DNA of 64,000 bases, taken from positions 32,001 to 96,000 of the forward strand of contig JAZDNF010000009.1 of assembly GCA_043800255.1 (NCBI GenBank). Reading direction: 5' to 3'. This DNA comes from Candidatus Altiarchaeota archaeon. GTDB lineage: Archaea; Altiarchaeota; Altiarchaeia; IMC4; SCGC-AAA252-I15. Made by a program: the position numbers and the translations under genes. Under the pieces are notes generated by a model. It had not been told where the DNA came from and did not search any database. It saw nothing but the letters and a program-made list of their open reading frames with translations. Of the stretch, positions 47,646 to 56,569 are shown piece after piece. Position 1 is the stretch's first letter, and the number at the start of each line of letters is the position of its first letter.

Positions 47646-48253
47646 GCCCCTGACGGGCTTCCGAAGAATCTTGCGATGATGAAACTGGCGGCGACCGTCA
47701 GCAAGCCCACCATCAGCATCGTAACCCCGTAGACTAGGACGTTCTCATAGCTTATTCTCGCGAGGAATGCTCCCAGAGAGAACAGTATCAGCGCTGAGAT
47801 GGCAAGTGAAACCCTGAAGGCCGCATCCAAGCCCATAAATCCAAGATTAACCGCGATAAAGGGCGACAGTATTATTATTGCAGCCAACGCCGGGCTGATG
47901 CCGTCAACCAACGCGGTCACAATGGCGGCGAACCTCGAGGCCTCGCCATGAACGGTATTGTCAAGCTTGCTCAGCATCTTCCGCTCAAGCTTCCTGAGCT
48001 CCCTCATCCTCTCAGCCCTTTCAGTCATGAAAGCCCCCGTGAACCCTGATATCCCCATCGCCACGCTTCCCGCGATTCCCGCGCTCACTATTATCATAGG
48101 GTCTTTCAAGCCGGAGATGAACGCGCCGACTATGACGCCAAGCATGGTGAGCGCCCCGTCGAATGCGTTCATTATGAAATAACGCCTCGCGATGTGGGAG
48201 ATCTTCGAGATTCTAGCATAGGTCGAATACTTTTCGAACATTTTCCAGACCAA
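47642..48253 (-). CDS. VIT1/CCC1 family membrane protein
   Basis: RRY…NAFDG.L…G, AMG.SG..GA…E.AE; about 5 TMs. Confidence 0.8.
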   Translation of the reverse strand: MVWKMFEKYSTYARISKISHIARRYFIMNAFDGALTMLGVIVGAFISGLKDPMIIVSAGIAGSVAMGISGFTGAFMTERAERMRELRKLERKMLSKLDNTVHGEASRFAAIVTALVDGISPALAAIIILSPFIAVNLGFMGLDAAFRVSLAISALILFSLGAFLARISYENVLVYGVTMLMVGLLTVAASFIIARFFGSPSGA

Positions 48254-48284
48254 CGTTTTATTTTAGCCCTCTAATATATGAAGT

Positions 48285-50963
48285 ATGGCGGATAAAAAGG
48301 GATGGCATTGTCTCAACGTAAAAGACGTTCTAAGCGGGTTGAACGCATCCGAGCAGGGTCTAAGTTCTGAGGAAGCTGCCGAGCGCCTCAGAGCATACGG
48401 GCTGAACGAGATAACGGCTGAGAAGCGCGAAACCGCATTGAGCATATTCCTCGCGCAGTTCAAGAATTTCCTGATAATAATACTGGCGATAGCAGCGCTG
48501 GTGTCGGGGGCCATAGGATACCTGCAAGGCAGCTCCGAGGAAATCCTGGAGGCCGCGGCGATAGCGGCAGTCATAGTATTCATAGCAGCCATAGGGTTCG
48601 TGCAGGAGTACAGGGCTGCGAAGGAGCTGGAAGCCCTCAGGAAGATGGTGTCGCCGACTGCCATGACCATCAGGGACGGCAGAAAAGTGAAGGTTGACGC
48701 GAGAACGCTCGTCCCTGGAGACATCATAATATTGGAGTCAGGAGACAAGGTTCCCGCAGACGCAAGGCTTCTGAGAGTGGTCGACCTGAAGGTTGACGAG
48801 GCCGCCCTGACCGGAGAGTCAACACCCGTGATGAAGAAAGTAGACGAAGTGGGTGCTGAAACATCGCTCGCAGACAGGCAGAACATGCTCTACCTCGGGA
48901 CGAACGTGACGTACGGCAAAGCCCAAGCCGTCGTCGTCGCAACCGGGAAGTCAACGGAATTCGGCAGGATAGCTGAGAGCATCCAGGTCATGGAGAAGGA
49001 GCAGACTCCGCTGCAGATGAGACTAGACCGTGTTGGAAAACAGATTGGCGCCATAGTTATCGCCCTGTCTGTGATAATGTTCGTTGCCGGCATAATGTTC
49101 GACATCGGGAAGCCGGTGGAGATATTCCTAGCAGCCGTCGCCTTGGCCGTCGCTGCAGTGCCTGAGGGACTGCCTGCTGTGGTGACGGTCACGCTTGCCA
49201 GGGGGATGAGGCAGATGGTGAAGAAGAACGCGATAGTGAAAAAGCTGACAGCGGTGGAAACGCTCGGCAGCACAACTGTAATATGCTCCGACAAGACTGG
49301 AACGCTGACAAAGAACGAGATGACCGTCAGGAGAGTCTACGTTAACGGCAGGTTCCTGGAGGTTACAGGAGCAGGATACGCCCCAGAAGGGGAATTCAAG
49401 GATGATGGAAGGGAGTATACGGCCGACGGCACCCTCATGATTCTACTGCAGGCAGGCGCCCTCTGCAACGACTCAACGCTGGCAGAGTCGGAAGATGGTT
49501 ACGCCATAACCGGGGACCCGACGGAGGCAAGCCTCGTCGTGCTGGCGTCGAAGGCAGGATTGAACCAGGACGAGCTGAACAGGAAGTGTCCGAGAGTCAG
49601 GGAGGTCCCATTCAGCTCAGAGCGCAAGAGGATGACCACAGTCCACAGGATGGAGGACGGCAGGCTCGTTGCCTATGTAAAGGGGGCTGCTGACGTCATA
49701 CTCCCATTGTGCGATAAGATTATGATTGACGGGAAAGAGTCGAATATCGATGAAAAGAGTAGGGCAAAGATTCTGGAGCAGAACGACAGGATGGCTGCCG
49801 AAGCCCTGAGAGTGCTGGGCCTGGCCTACAAGAGAGCGAATGATAGCGAGACCGATGACAGCCTCGAAAAGGGCCTTATCTTCCTGGGGATGGTGGGGAT
49901 GATAGACCCGCCGAGAGAGGACGCGATAATGTCGGTCAAGGAGTGCAAGGATGCCGGCATAAGGGCGATCATGATAACAGGCGACCACAAGCTGACTGCG
50001 GTGGCAATCGCCAGGGAGATGGGCATCATGAGAGAAGGCGAGGATGTCCTCACAGGCCTTGAGCTTGACAGGCTGTCGGACGATGAACTGGATAGCAGAG
50101 TGGAACATACTTCAGTCTACGCTAGGGTCTCACCCGAACATAAGATAAGAATCGTCAACGCGTTCAAAAGTAAGAACCACATAGTCGCGATGACAGGCGA
50201 CGGCGTCAACGACGCCCCAGCCCTGAAGAGGTCTGACATAGGGATCGCGATGGGCATAACAGGGACGGACGTCACTAAGGAGGCTTCGGACATGGTCCTC
50301 ACAGACGACAACTTCACGAGCATAGTCTCAGCCGTGAGGGAGGGCAGGGGGATATACGACAACATAAAGCTCTTCATAAAGTACCTCCTCTCCTGCAACA
50401 TTGGCGAGGTGATAACCATATTCGTCGGCATAACGGTCTTCGCCAGGCTCCCGCTCCAGCCGCTGCAGATACTTTGGATGAACCTCCTGACGGACGTCGC
50501 CCCCGCCCTTGCACTGGGCTTCAACCCGGCAGACCCTGACGTCATGCAGAGGAAGCCCAGAGACCCTAAGGAGACCATCATAAACAGGAAAACTGTCGGA
50601 GGGTTCATGGGAGTCGGGCTGCTCATGGCAGCCGGCACGCTGGGGATGTTCGTCAACGCAATGGAACACCACCCTGAGAAAGCCCAGAGTATCGCCTTCA
50701 CCACGCTCGTCATGTTCCAGATGTTCTACGTCCTGAGCTGCAGGTCAGAGAGGTTCACCATATTCAGGACAGGATTATTCTCGAACAGCTACCTCATACC
50801 GGCGGTCCTACTGTCGGCCATGATGCAGATTGCGGTCCTGAATCTGCCGCTGTTCCAGACGGTATTCGACACCGTCCCGCTGAGCGCCGCCGACTGGGCC
50901 GGTGCGCTGGCCGTCTCCTCGACAGCCTTTATTATACCAGAACTTCTTAAGATAAGGAGATGA
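48285..50963 (+). CDS. P-type ATPase, type IIA (Ca2+-transporting-like)
   Basis: LTGES, AVAAVPEGL, CSDKTGTLT, PFSSERKRM, KGA, DPPR, TGDGVNDAPAL, QILWMNLLTD. Confidence 0.93.
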   Translation: MADKKGWHCLNVKDVLSGLNASEQGLSSEEAAERLRAYGLNEITAEKRETALSIFLAQFKNFLIIILAIAALVSGAIGYLQGSSEEILEAAAIAAVIVFIAAIGFVQEYRAAKELEALRKMVSPTAMTIRDGRKVKVDARTLVPGDIIILESGDKVPADARLLRVVDLKVDEAALTGESTPVMKKVDEVGAETSLADRQNMLYLGTNVTYGKAQAVVVATGKSTEFGRIAESIQVMEKEQTPLQMRLDRVGKQIGAIVIALSVIMFVAGIMFDIGKPVEIFLAAVALAVAAVPEGLPAVVTVTLARGMRQMVKKNAIVKKLTAVETLGSTTVICSDKTGTLTKNEMTVRRVYVNGRFLEVTGAGYAPEGEFKDDGREYTADGTLMILLQAGALCNDSTLAESEDGYAITGDPTEASLVVLASKAGLNQDELNRKCPRVREVPFSSERKRMTTVHRMEDGRLVAYVKGAADVILPLCDKIMIDGKESNIDEKSRAKILEQNDRMAAEALRVLGLAYKRANDSETDDSLEKGLIFLGMVGMIDPPREDAIMSVKECKDAGIRAIMITGDHKLTAVAIAREMGIMREGEDVLTGLELDRLSDDELDSRVEHTSVYARVSPEHKIRIVNAFKSKNHIVAMTGDGVNDAPALKRSDIGIAMGITGTDVTKEASDMVLTDDNFTSIVSAVREGRGIYDNIKLFIKYLLSCNIGEVITIFVGITVFARLPLQPLQILWMNLLTDVAPALALGFNPADPDVMQRKPRDPKETIINRKTVGGFMGVGLLMAAGTLGMFVNAMEHHPEKAQSIAFTTLVMFQMFYVLSCRSERFTIFRTGLFSNSYLIPAVLLSAMMQIAVLNLPLFQTVFDTVPLSAADWAGALAVSSTAFIIPELLKIRR

Positions 50964-51571
50964 TTGCCGTAGGAGTGCTGGACGTGCAGGGTGACGTCAG
51001 CGAGCATTTAGACTCTTTGGAAGCTGCCCTGAAGGAGTTAAAAGTAAAAGGCAACGTCAGAAGGGTTAAGAGGGCTTCGGATTTCAAAGGCCTGCACGCG
51101 CTTGTCATACCAGGCGGCGAGAGCACAACCACGGGAAAGCTGCTGAGAGAGTACGGTCTGGACTCTGAGATAGCGAGACTGTGTGATAGGAAGGTTCCGA
51201 TACTTGGGACATGCACTGGGCTTATACTGCTGGCAAAGGAGGGAGACAACCAGTCTGGGAGGACATGCTCGCCTCGTCTAGGGCTGATGGACATCAAGGT
51301 CAGGAGGAACGCCTTCGGAAGGCAGAGAGAGAGCTTCGAATCTTACATCAGGATACCTGCTCTGGGGAAAAAACCATACCGGTGCGTCTTCATAAGGGCT
51401 CCTGTGATAGAGGAAGCCGGCAGGCAGGTTAAGGTAATGGCAGAATACGAAGGCAAGCCTGTGATGGCGCGCCAGGACAACCTTCTCGCGGTTGCCTTCC
51501 ATCCCGAGCTCACAGAGGACACCAGGGTACACGCTTACTTTCTGAGGATGATAGGCGATGGCAGACCTTAG
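50960..51571 (+). CDS. pdxT: PLP synthase glutaminase subunit
   Basis: QGD..EH, PGGESTT, GTC.G, RNAFGRQ.ESF, FIRAP, FHPEL. Confidence 0.96.
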   Translation: MIAVGVLDVQGDVSEHLDSLEAALKELKVKGNVRRVKRASDFKGLHALVIPGGESTTTGKLLREYGLDSEIARLCDRKVPILGTCTGLILLAKEGDNQSGRTCSPRLGLMDIKVRRNAFGRQRESFESYIRIPALGKKPYRCVFIRAPVIEEAGRQVKVMAEYEGKPVMARQDNLLAVAFHPELTEDTRVHAYFLRMIGDGRP

Positions 51572-52070
51572 AGGATACGGCTTCATGAGGGGCTGGATTT
51601 ACGAGGCCATCGCGATCACTGGAGGAGGACGGCACCAGGCTCCCATGGGAGTCTCAACTCCGGACTACAGGAGAGTGGTGTTGGAAGTCTACAGGACGGC
51701 CGAGACCTGCGAAAACCTGATGGACGACGGAATGCTCGTGATAGTTTTCCCCAGAAACGTGTTGGACTTCGAGAGGGCGCTCTCCGGTAGAAGGCCTAGC
51801 ATGCTGAAGGATTTCCTGAAGCTGCGGGTCGCTTCGAGAAAGCGCCTGAAGGAAAAAGTGAGGTTCGAATGCGAGGTCAAGGAATCGCATCTGCGTGAGG
51901 GCCTCAGGCTTATCAACAGGGCGGAGTCCCTTGTCCTCGAATCCCTCATAGAGGCTACGAAGCCGAGACCCAGAAGGCAGCTGATAGCCGAGAACCTGAG
52001 GCTGGTGAAAAGAGTCGCTAAGGATTCCGAATATCAAAGACTGCTCGAGAGACTGTTGAACCGACGCTAG
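51558..52070 (+). CDS. DUF447-like protein
   Basis: E.I..T…..APMG, T.ENL, NRA….LE..I..T pattern. Confidence 0.55.
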   Translation: MADLRGYGFMRGWIYEAIAITGGGRHQAPMGVSTPDYRRVVLEVYRTAETCENLMDDGMLVIVFPRNVLDFERALSGRRPSMLKDFLKLRVASRKRLKEKVRFECEVKESHLREGLRLINRAESLVLESLIEATKPRPRRQLIAENLRLVKRVAKDSEYQRLLERLLNRR

Positions 52071-53065
52071 AACTGCATCATATTCCCGAGGGTTGAATCG
52101 AGTATGAAGCGCCCTATCAGGAACAGGGATACTGAGATTACCAGCAGGACCGGGAAATATTTTACCCCGAGCTTCTCCTCGCCTTTGAGTATCAGCCCTA
52201 TCACAAGCGACCCGAAAAAAGACGAGGCCACCAGAGATATTATCGAATAGGTCCTTATGAACTCGGATGTTATCGTGATTTTGCCGACCGCTATGGGCAT
52301 CGCCGCAGTCCCGCCCATCTCGGAAAACGAGGGCATGTCGGCTGCTATCATCGCCATGTTCTTAGCAAGAAGTTCGACTAGGAAGGACGACATCGAGAAG
52401 AGGAGGGGAGCCCCCAACCCGACTGCGATGAATATGAATATCACGTACATCAGGACCGATGCGCTGATCTCCTTCTGGATTATCTGCTGGTCGCGGAGGT
52501 CGTTGGCTGTCTGGTCAAGCAGGTCAGCCAGCTTGCCGCCGGATTTCAGGCTCTGGACGATGAGGTCTATGGCGCGCTGCAGGTTCTTGGACCTTATCTT
52601 CCGGTCAGTCTTCTGAAGCGATTCTGTCAAGTTCACGCCGGCCATCGTCTCCTTGCCGATGCGCCTGATCTCCTGCTCCAGGGGCCCGAATTCAGGCCTG
52701 GCCGCCAGGATCAAAGCCTTGTCGGTTGTCATGCCAGCCCGTATGTTGGACGACATCAGCTGCAGGGCGTCAGGTAAGGCTTCGTCGACGAATTTAGCCT
52801 TCGAGTCGGCTGACAGATTAAGCCATATGTACAGCATGAACTCTACCAGGAACAGCGATATCGGAAACGCGAACTCGAAGGGGAGGACATCATAGTAGTT
52901 CAGCGCATAGGCCATCACCACACCCAGACCGATGCCGAAGAATACTGCGAAGCCGAGGAAAGTGTCCGCGTCTATGCTGAAGTTCGAGTATCTGATCTCC
53001 TGCGCCAGCCTTCTTCGTATGTTCTTCGGGAACAGTATCCCTATCGGCTTGTACGGGTCCATCAT
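52067..53065 (-). CDS. TadC/type II secretion F-family membrane platform protein
   Basis: LPDAL..M.SN.RAG, EFG.L..E, SGG.LA..L; several TMs. Confidence 0.9.
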   Translation of the reverse strand: MMDPYKPIGILFPKNIRRRLAQEIRYSNFSIDADTFLGFAVFFGIGLGVVMAYALNYYDVLPFEFAFPISLFLVEFMLYIWLNLSADSKAKFVDEALPDALQLMSSNIRAGMTTDKALILAARPEFGPLEQEIRRIGKETMAGVNLTESLQKTDRKIRSKNLQRAIDLIVQSLKSGGKLADLLDQTANDLRDQQIIQKEISASVLMYVIFIFIAVGLGAPLLFSMSSFLVELLAKNMAMIAADMPSFSEMGGTAAMPIAVGKITITSEFIRTYSIISLVASSFFGSLVIGLILKGEEKLGVKYFPVLLVISVSLFLIGRFILDSTLGNMMQF

Positions 53066-53961
53066 GCTCCTATCAGATTAGGCCTCCTGGACCTTATGAT
53101 GCCAATGAAGATTACCTGCATCACTATTATGGCCGAAAGCAGTATCCAGAACGTCCGCTCGGAGCCGATTTCCTCCATGCCGGGGAATGACGAGAGAACG
53201 ATGAGCATGGTTATGCCGAGGGATGGCATGATGACAGCGACCATCATGTACATCATGGCCAACGGGTTCAACACGGATTTGTACTTTCTGACCTCCACGA
53301 GCTGCTCCTTCGAGAGCGACGATATGACTTCTGACAGGTTGTCGCCGACGTCGCTTCCCGATTTCATGCTGTTGACCATCTGCCAGAGCGCCCGCCTGAA
53401 GTACATCGACGGGTTCCGGATTGCCAGCTCCTCCAAAGAGGCGACCACATCCTTGCCGGCGTTGACCTTCTCGACGACTATGTGCATCTCCTTGGATATG
53501 GGGCCGTAATCGCCGTTAGCCAGGGCAACCAGGGTGTCGAAGACGGGAACGCCGCTCCTTATCTGTATCAGGATGCTGCGGAGCGCGAAAAGCAGGTTCC
53601 GCTCGATGTACTTTACCCTGCTGTTCACGATCTGCTTGGGGAAGTAGGTTATGTAGAGGTACATGACGACACCGACGACGGCTCCAATGAGGGGGCCGAT
53701 GACATAGTTGGGGTTGCCGGCGGCGTGAAAGACCGCTATTATTGCGGAACTGAAGGCGATAAAGACGACTAGCGACATAAAGAATGCGACGCTGAGGTAG
53801 CCTCTCGCGTTTATCTGGTACTCCTCAGCCACGCCCGACTGCTTGAGCAGCAGCTCCATGTAGGGGGATGTCTTCGAGAGGACGTCACCCATCCACAGGA
53901 AGATTCTCGATATTTTCCTTATGCGGGGATTGCCTATGAAAGGTATTCTCTTGGACACCAT
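53062..53961 (-). CDS. TadB/TadC-family membrane platform protein
   Basis: IERNL.FALR…..SG, YG.IS.E, PS..FRR..WQ..N…SG; TMs. Confidence 0.88.
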   Translation of the reverse strand: MVSKRIPFIGNPRIRKISRIFLWMGDVLSKTSPYMELLLKQSGVAEEYQINARGYLSVAFFMSLVVFIAFSSAIIAVFHAAGNPNYVIGPLIGAVVGVVMYLYITYFPKQIVNSRVKYIERNLLFALRSILIQIRSGVPVFDTLVALANGDYGPISKEMHIVVEKVNAGKDVVASLEELAIRNPSMYFRRALWQMVNSMKSGSDVGDNLSEVISSLSKEQLVEVRKYKSVLNPLAMMYMMVAVIMPSLGITMLIVLSSFPGMEEIGSERTFWILLSAIIVMQVIFIGIIRSRRPNLIGA

Positions 53962-53962
53962 C

Positions 53963-55477
53963 TTAGCTCAGCAGCTTCTCAGGCTTTAAGTTCTTGTTGA
54001 CGACGCTCAATACCAGGTCTAGGTCCATGTAGTAGTTGTTCATGACCTTCCCCACATCATCCACCTGTCTGACCTTGTTGTCCACCATCCACTGGAGGAC
54101 CTTCTTCTTGGTTTCGATGTCATCGCTGAGCTCCTTCTGCGTCAGGCCAGTGTGCCTTTCCAGCTCGTGGAAGAGCCTGTAAGGCTCGTCCTTCTCCTCG
54201 ATTACGTCGCTGCGGGCATTCCATACGTGAATCAGATGGCTCTTGTACCTTATCTTGCCGTGAGTATTGGCTTCCTCGTCAGGGATGAACTCGCCAACCT
54301 CGAAGACCCGCCTTATGCCCCTCCGCCTGTCGCGGAACATTACAACGTTGAGGTGCACGGAATCCAGCATGCTGTGCGGGATGTCTATGGGAGGGTTAGT
54401 AAGCCGCGTTATTGTCTGCTCGCACGTGTCAGCGTGTATCGTGGAATAGACTGAGTGGCCGGTGTGCATCGCCTCGAACAGGACTTCAGCCTCCCTCTGC
54501 TTTCTGATCTCGCCCATCACTATCCTGTCAGGCCTCATCCTGAGGGAGTTGACCAGCAGGTTCAGCATCGAGACCTCGCCCTTGCCTTCGGGGTTCGGGT
54601 CTCTTGTAGTCAGAGGGCACCAGAACAGGAACTCGGGCAGCTGAAGCTCTCGGGTGTCCTCTATGGAGATTATCCTCTGGTTGGGCTGTATGAAGGGCAT
54701 GCATATGTTCAGGAAGCTCGTCTTGCCGCTGCCGGTTCCCCCGGATATTATCATGTTCATCTCGTATTGCATGACCAGCCATATGAGGGAGGTCACGTCA
54801 AGGCTCGTGGTCTTGTTCATTATGAAGTCTGGGGCGGTCCACGGGTCGCGGGAGAATTTCCTGATGGTGATGGTGTTGCCTTTGCTGGCTATGGGGCTTA
54901 TTATCGCGTTAGCCCTGTCCTTTGACATCAGGTGGGCGTCAAGGAGCGGGCTCAGGGTTGTTATCTCCCTCCCGACGCGGCGGGCTATTGTATTGGCATA
55001 ATTCAGTATCTTCCCCTCAGAGGCAAGAGTTATGTTGGTGGTCAGCCATCCGATCTTCTTGTGGAATACCCTCACAGGCTCCTTCGACGAGTTGACGACT
55101 ATCTCCTCAAGGCGCTCGTCTGCGAGAAGGTATTCAAGCTGCTCGAGGCCGAGAAGCTCGTTCACGAGGCCCTGTATGAAATAGTCCTTCGTCTTCTCTT
55201 CTATGTTAGGAAGCTCTGCGGATATCAATGTGCTGGCATTATCCCTGAATTCCTTCTTAAGCTCGTCCATGAGCTTCGGCTCGAATATCTCGGAGGTCTT
55301 CATCTCAACGCCGGATATCAGGCGCTCCTTTATGTCGTCAAGCAACGCCGCAGTCGCAACGTCAACATGCGGGAGGACGAGGACGTATTTCTTAGTATGG
55401 TCCTCGGTGACTATCTTTATATGCACCGGCTTGCCTTCCATGTCAACGTCGTACTCTTCTATCAGTTTCTCCGGCAT
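53963..55477 (-). CDS. CpaF/TadA pilus assembly ATPase
   Basis: Start MPEKL at 55477; EEIVVN, TIRKF, GGTGSGKT, IEDT.EL, LRMRPDRI..GE.R, TGH…STIHA. Confidence 0.93.
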   Translation of the reverse strand: MPEKLIEEYDVDMEGKPVHIKIVTEDHTKKYVLVLPHVDVATAALLDDIKERLISGVEMKTSEIFEPKLMDELKKEFRDNASTLISAELPNIEEKTKDYFIQGLVNELLGLEQLEYLLADERLEEIVVNSSKEPVRVFHKKIGWLTTNITLASEGKILNYANTIARRVGREITTLSPLLDAHLMSKDRANAIISPIASKGNTITIRKFSRDPWTAPDFIMNKTTSLDVTSLIWLVMQYEMNMIISGGTGSGKTSFLNICMPFIQPNQRIISIEDTRELQLPEFLFWCPLTTRDPNPEGKGEVSMLNLLVNSLRMRPDRIVMGEIRKQREAEVLFEAMHTGHSVYSTIHADTCEQTITRLTNPPIDIPHSMLDSVHLNVVMFRDRRRGIRRVFEVGEFIPDEEANTHGKIRYKSHLIHVWNARSDVIEEKDEPYRLFHELERHTGLTQKELSDDIETKKKVLQWMVDNKVRQVDDVGKVMNNYYMDLDLVLSVVNKNLKPEKLLS

Positions 55478-55481
55478 ATGC

Positions 55482-56534
55482 TCACCTGTCCTTTTTTTCA
55501 ACCTTCCTGATTTCAGGCTCCCCCAGGGTCGGATAATGCAATTCCACCAGATTGTGCTCCTCAAGGATCATGGCCCACTCCTCGATCTGAGTCTTAGGAA
55601 CCTTCAACTGAGTTGAAAGCTTGTCGTTAATTTTTACTACATTATCCTTATTAACGATGTCATACAGCTTGTCTATGTTGGTGGCTATCGTATCCCAGCC
55701 CGGCACGGCTCCCGCAACATTCGTGTCCTTGCCGATCAGCTTCTCTATCTTCTCCATCCGCTTCTCCTTGATGGCCTGTATCCTCGAATCCTTTATGACG
55801 TCTGATGGACCCTGGGATGGGGCACCGCTCTTTGGCAGGCCTATGGACTGCTTGTCAGGCCTGCTCTGGGGGATGCCAATGCGCAGTCTGTCTTCCTTTT
55901 CAATGGCCGACGGCCTTTCGGATTCATGGACTCGGTCTCCGGACTCCTTTTCCCTGCCCTTGGTCTCGTCAGAAGACGCCGCATGCTTGTCCAGTATCCT
56001 GTCCCGGAATCCTTCGGCGGATTTTACCTCGTCTTTCGGAATCCTCGAGCTTTTTATCTCATCCAGCCTGTCCGCCTTCCTGTCCGCAGACGGCGACTTG
56101 AAGAAGGAGATTATTCGTGAGAAAATGCCGAGTTTAACGGGTTTCTTCTTTATGACCGTCGACTTTATCCTGACGCCGAGCTCATTCACAGGTATCTCGT
56201 TCTCAAGGAGGGATGTCTCATTTAATTCAATAGAGCGCTTCATCTCCTCAGGGGAGAACTCGAATATGTCAAGCTTCCCGCTCGAGCCTGCCAGCTTGTC
56301 CTGTATCATTGCGAGACCCTCCTCCCTCGCCCAAGACTGGCCATCAGCCACCTTTTTTATTGAAGCCCCGATGACCTTACCCTCCTGTATCAGCAGGTCT
56401 GCCATGAAAATGTCCTCCCCAGACTTCCCCTTGAGCCTCAAGGCCCCGTTGAAAGCGGTGCTCAGTTCACCGCATATCTTGTAGAAGTTCTCGGTCTTTT
56501 CAGGCCTTACGATGGAACCTCTGGGCAGTTTCAT
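55482..56534 (-). CDS. Pilus-locus protein (DUF2226-like N-terminus, charged linker, wHTH-like C-terminus)
   Basis: M.LP.G…F.G…L N-terminal pattern; C-terminal T.ID.L…IEEWA.ILEE..LV…YP. Confidence 0.55.
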   Translation of the reverse strand: MKLPRGSIVRPEKTENFYKICGELSTAFNGALRLKGKSGEDIFMADLLIQEGKVIGASIKKVADGQSWAREEGLAMIQDKLAGSSGKLDIFEFSPEEMKRSIELNETSLLENEIPVNELGVRIKSTVIKKKPVKLGIFSRIISFFKSPSADRKADRLDEIKSSRIPKDEVKSAEGFRDRILDKHAASSDETKGREKESGDRVHESERPSAIEKEDRLRIGIPQSRPDKQSIGLPKSGAPSQGPSDVIKDSRIQAIKEKRMEKIEKLIGKDTNVAGAVPGWDTIATNIDKLYDIVNKDNVVKINDKLSTQLKVPKTQIEEWAMILEEHNLVELHYPTLGEPEIRKVEKKDR

Positions 56535-56569
56535 GTCAGTAGATATTAAAAATACGGGCTAAAAAGAGG

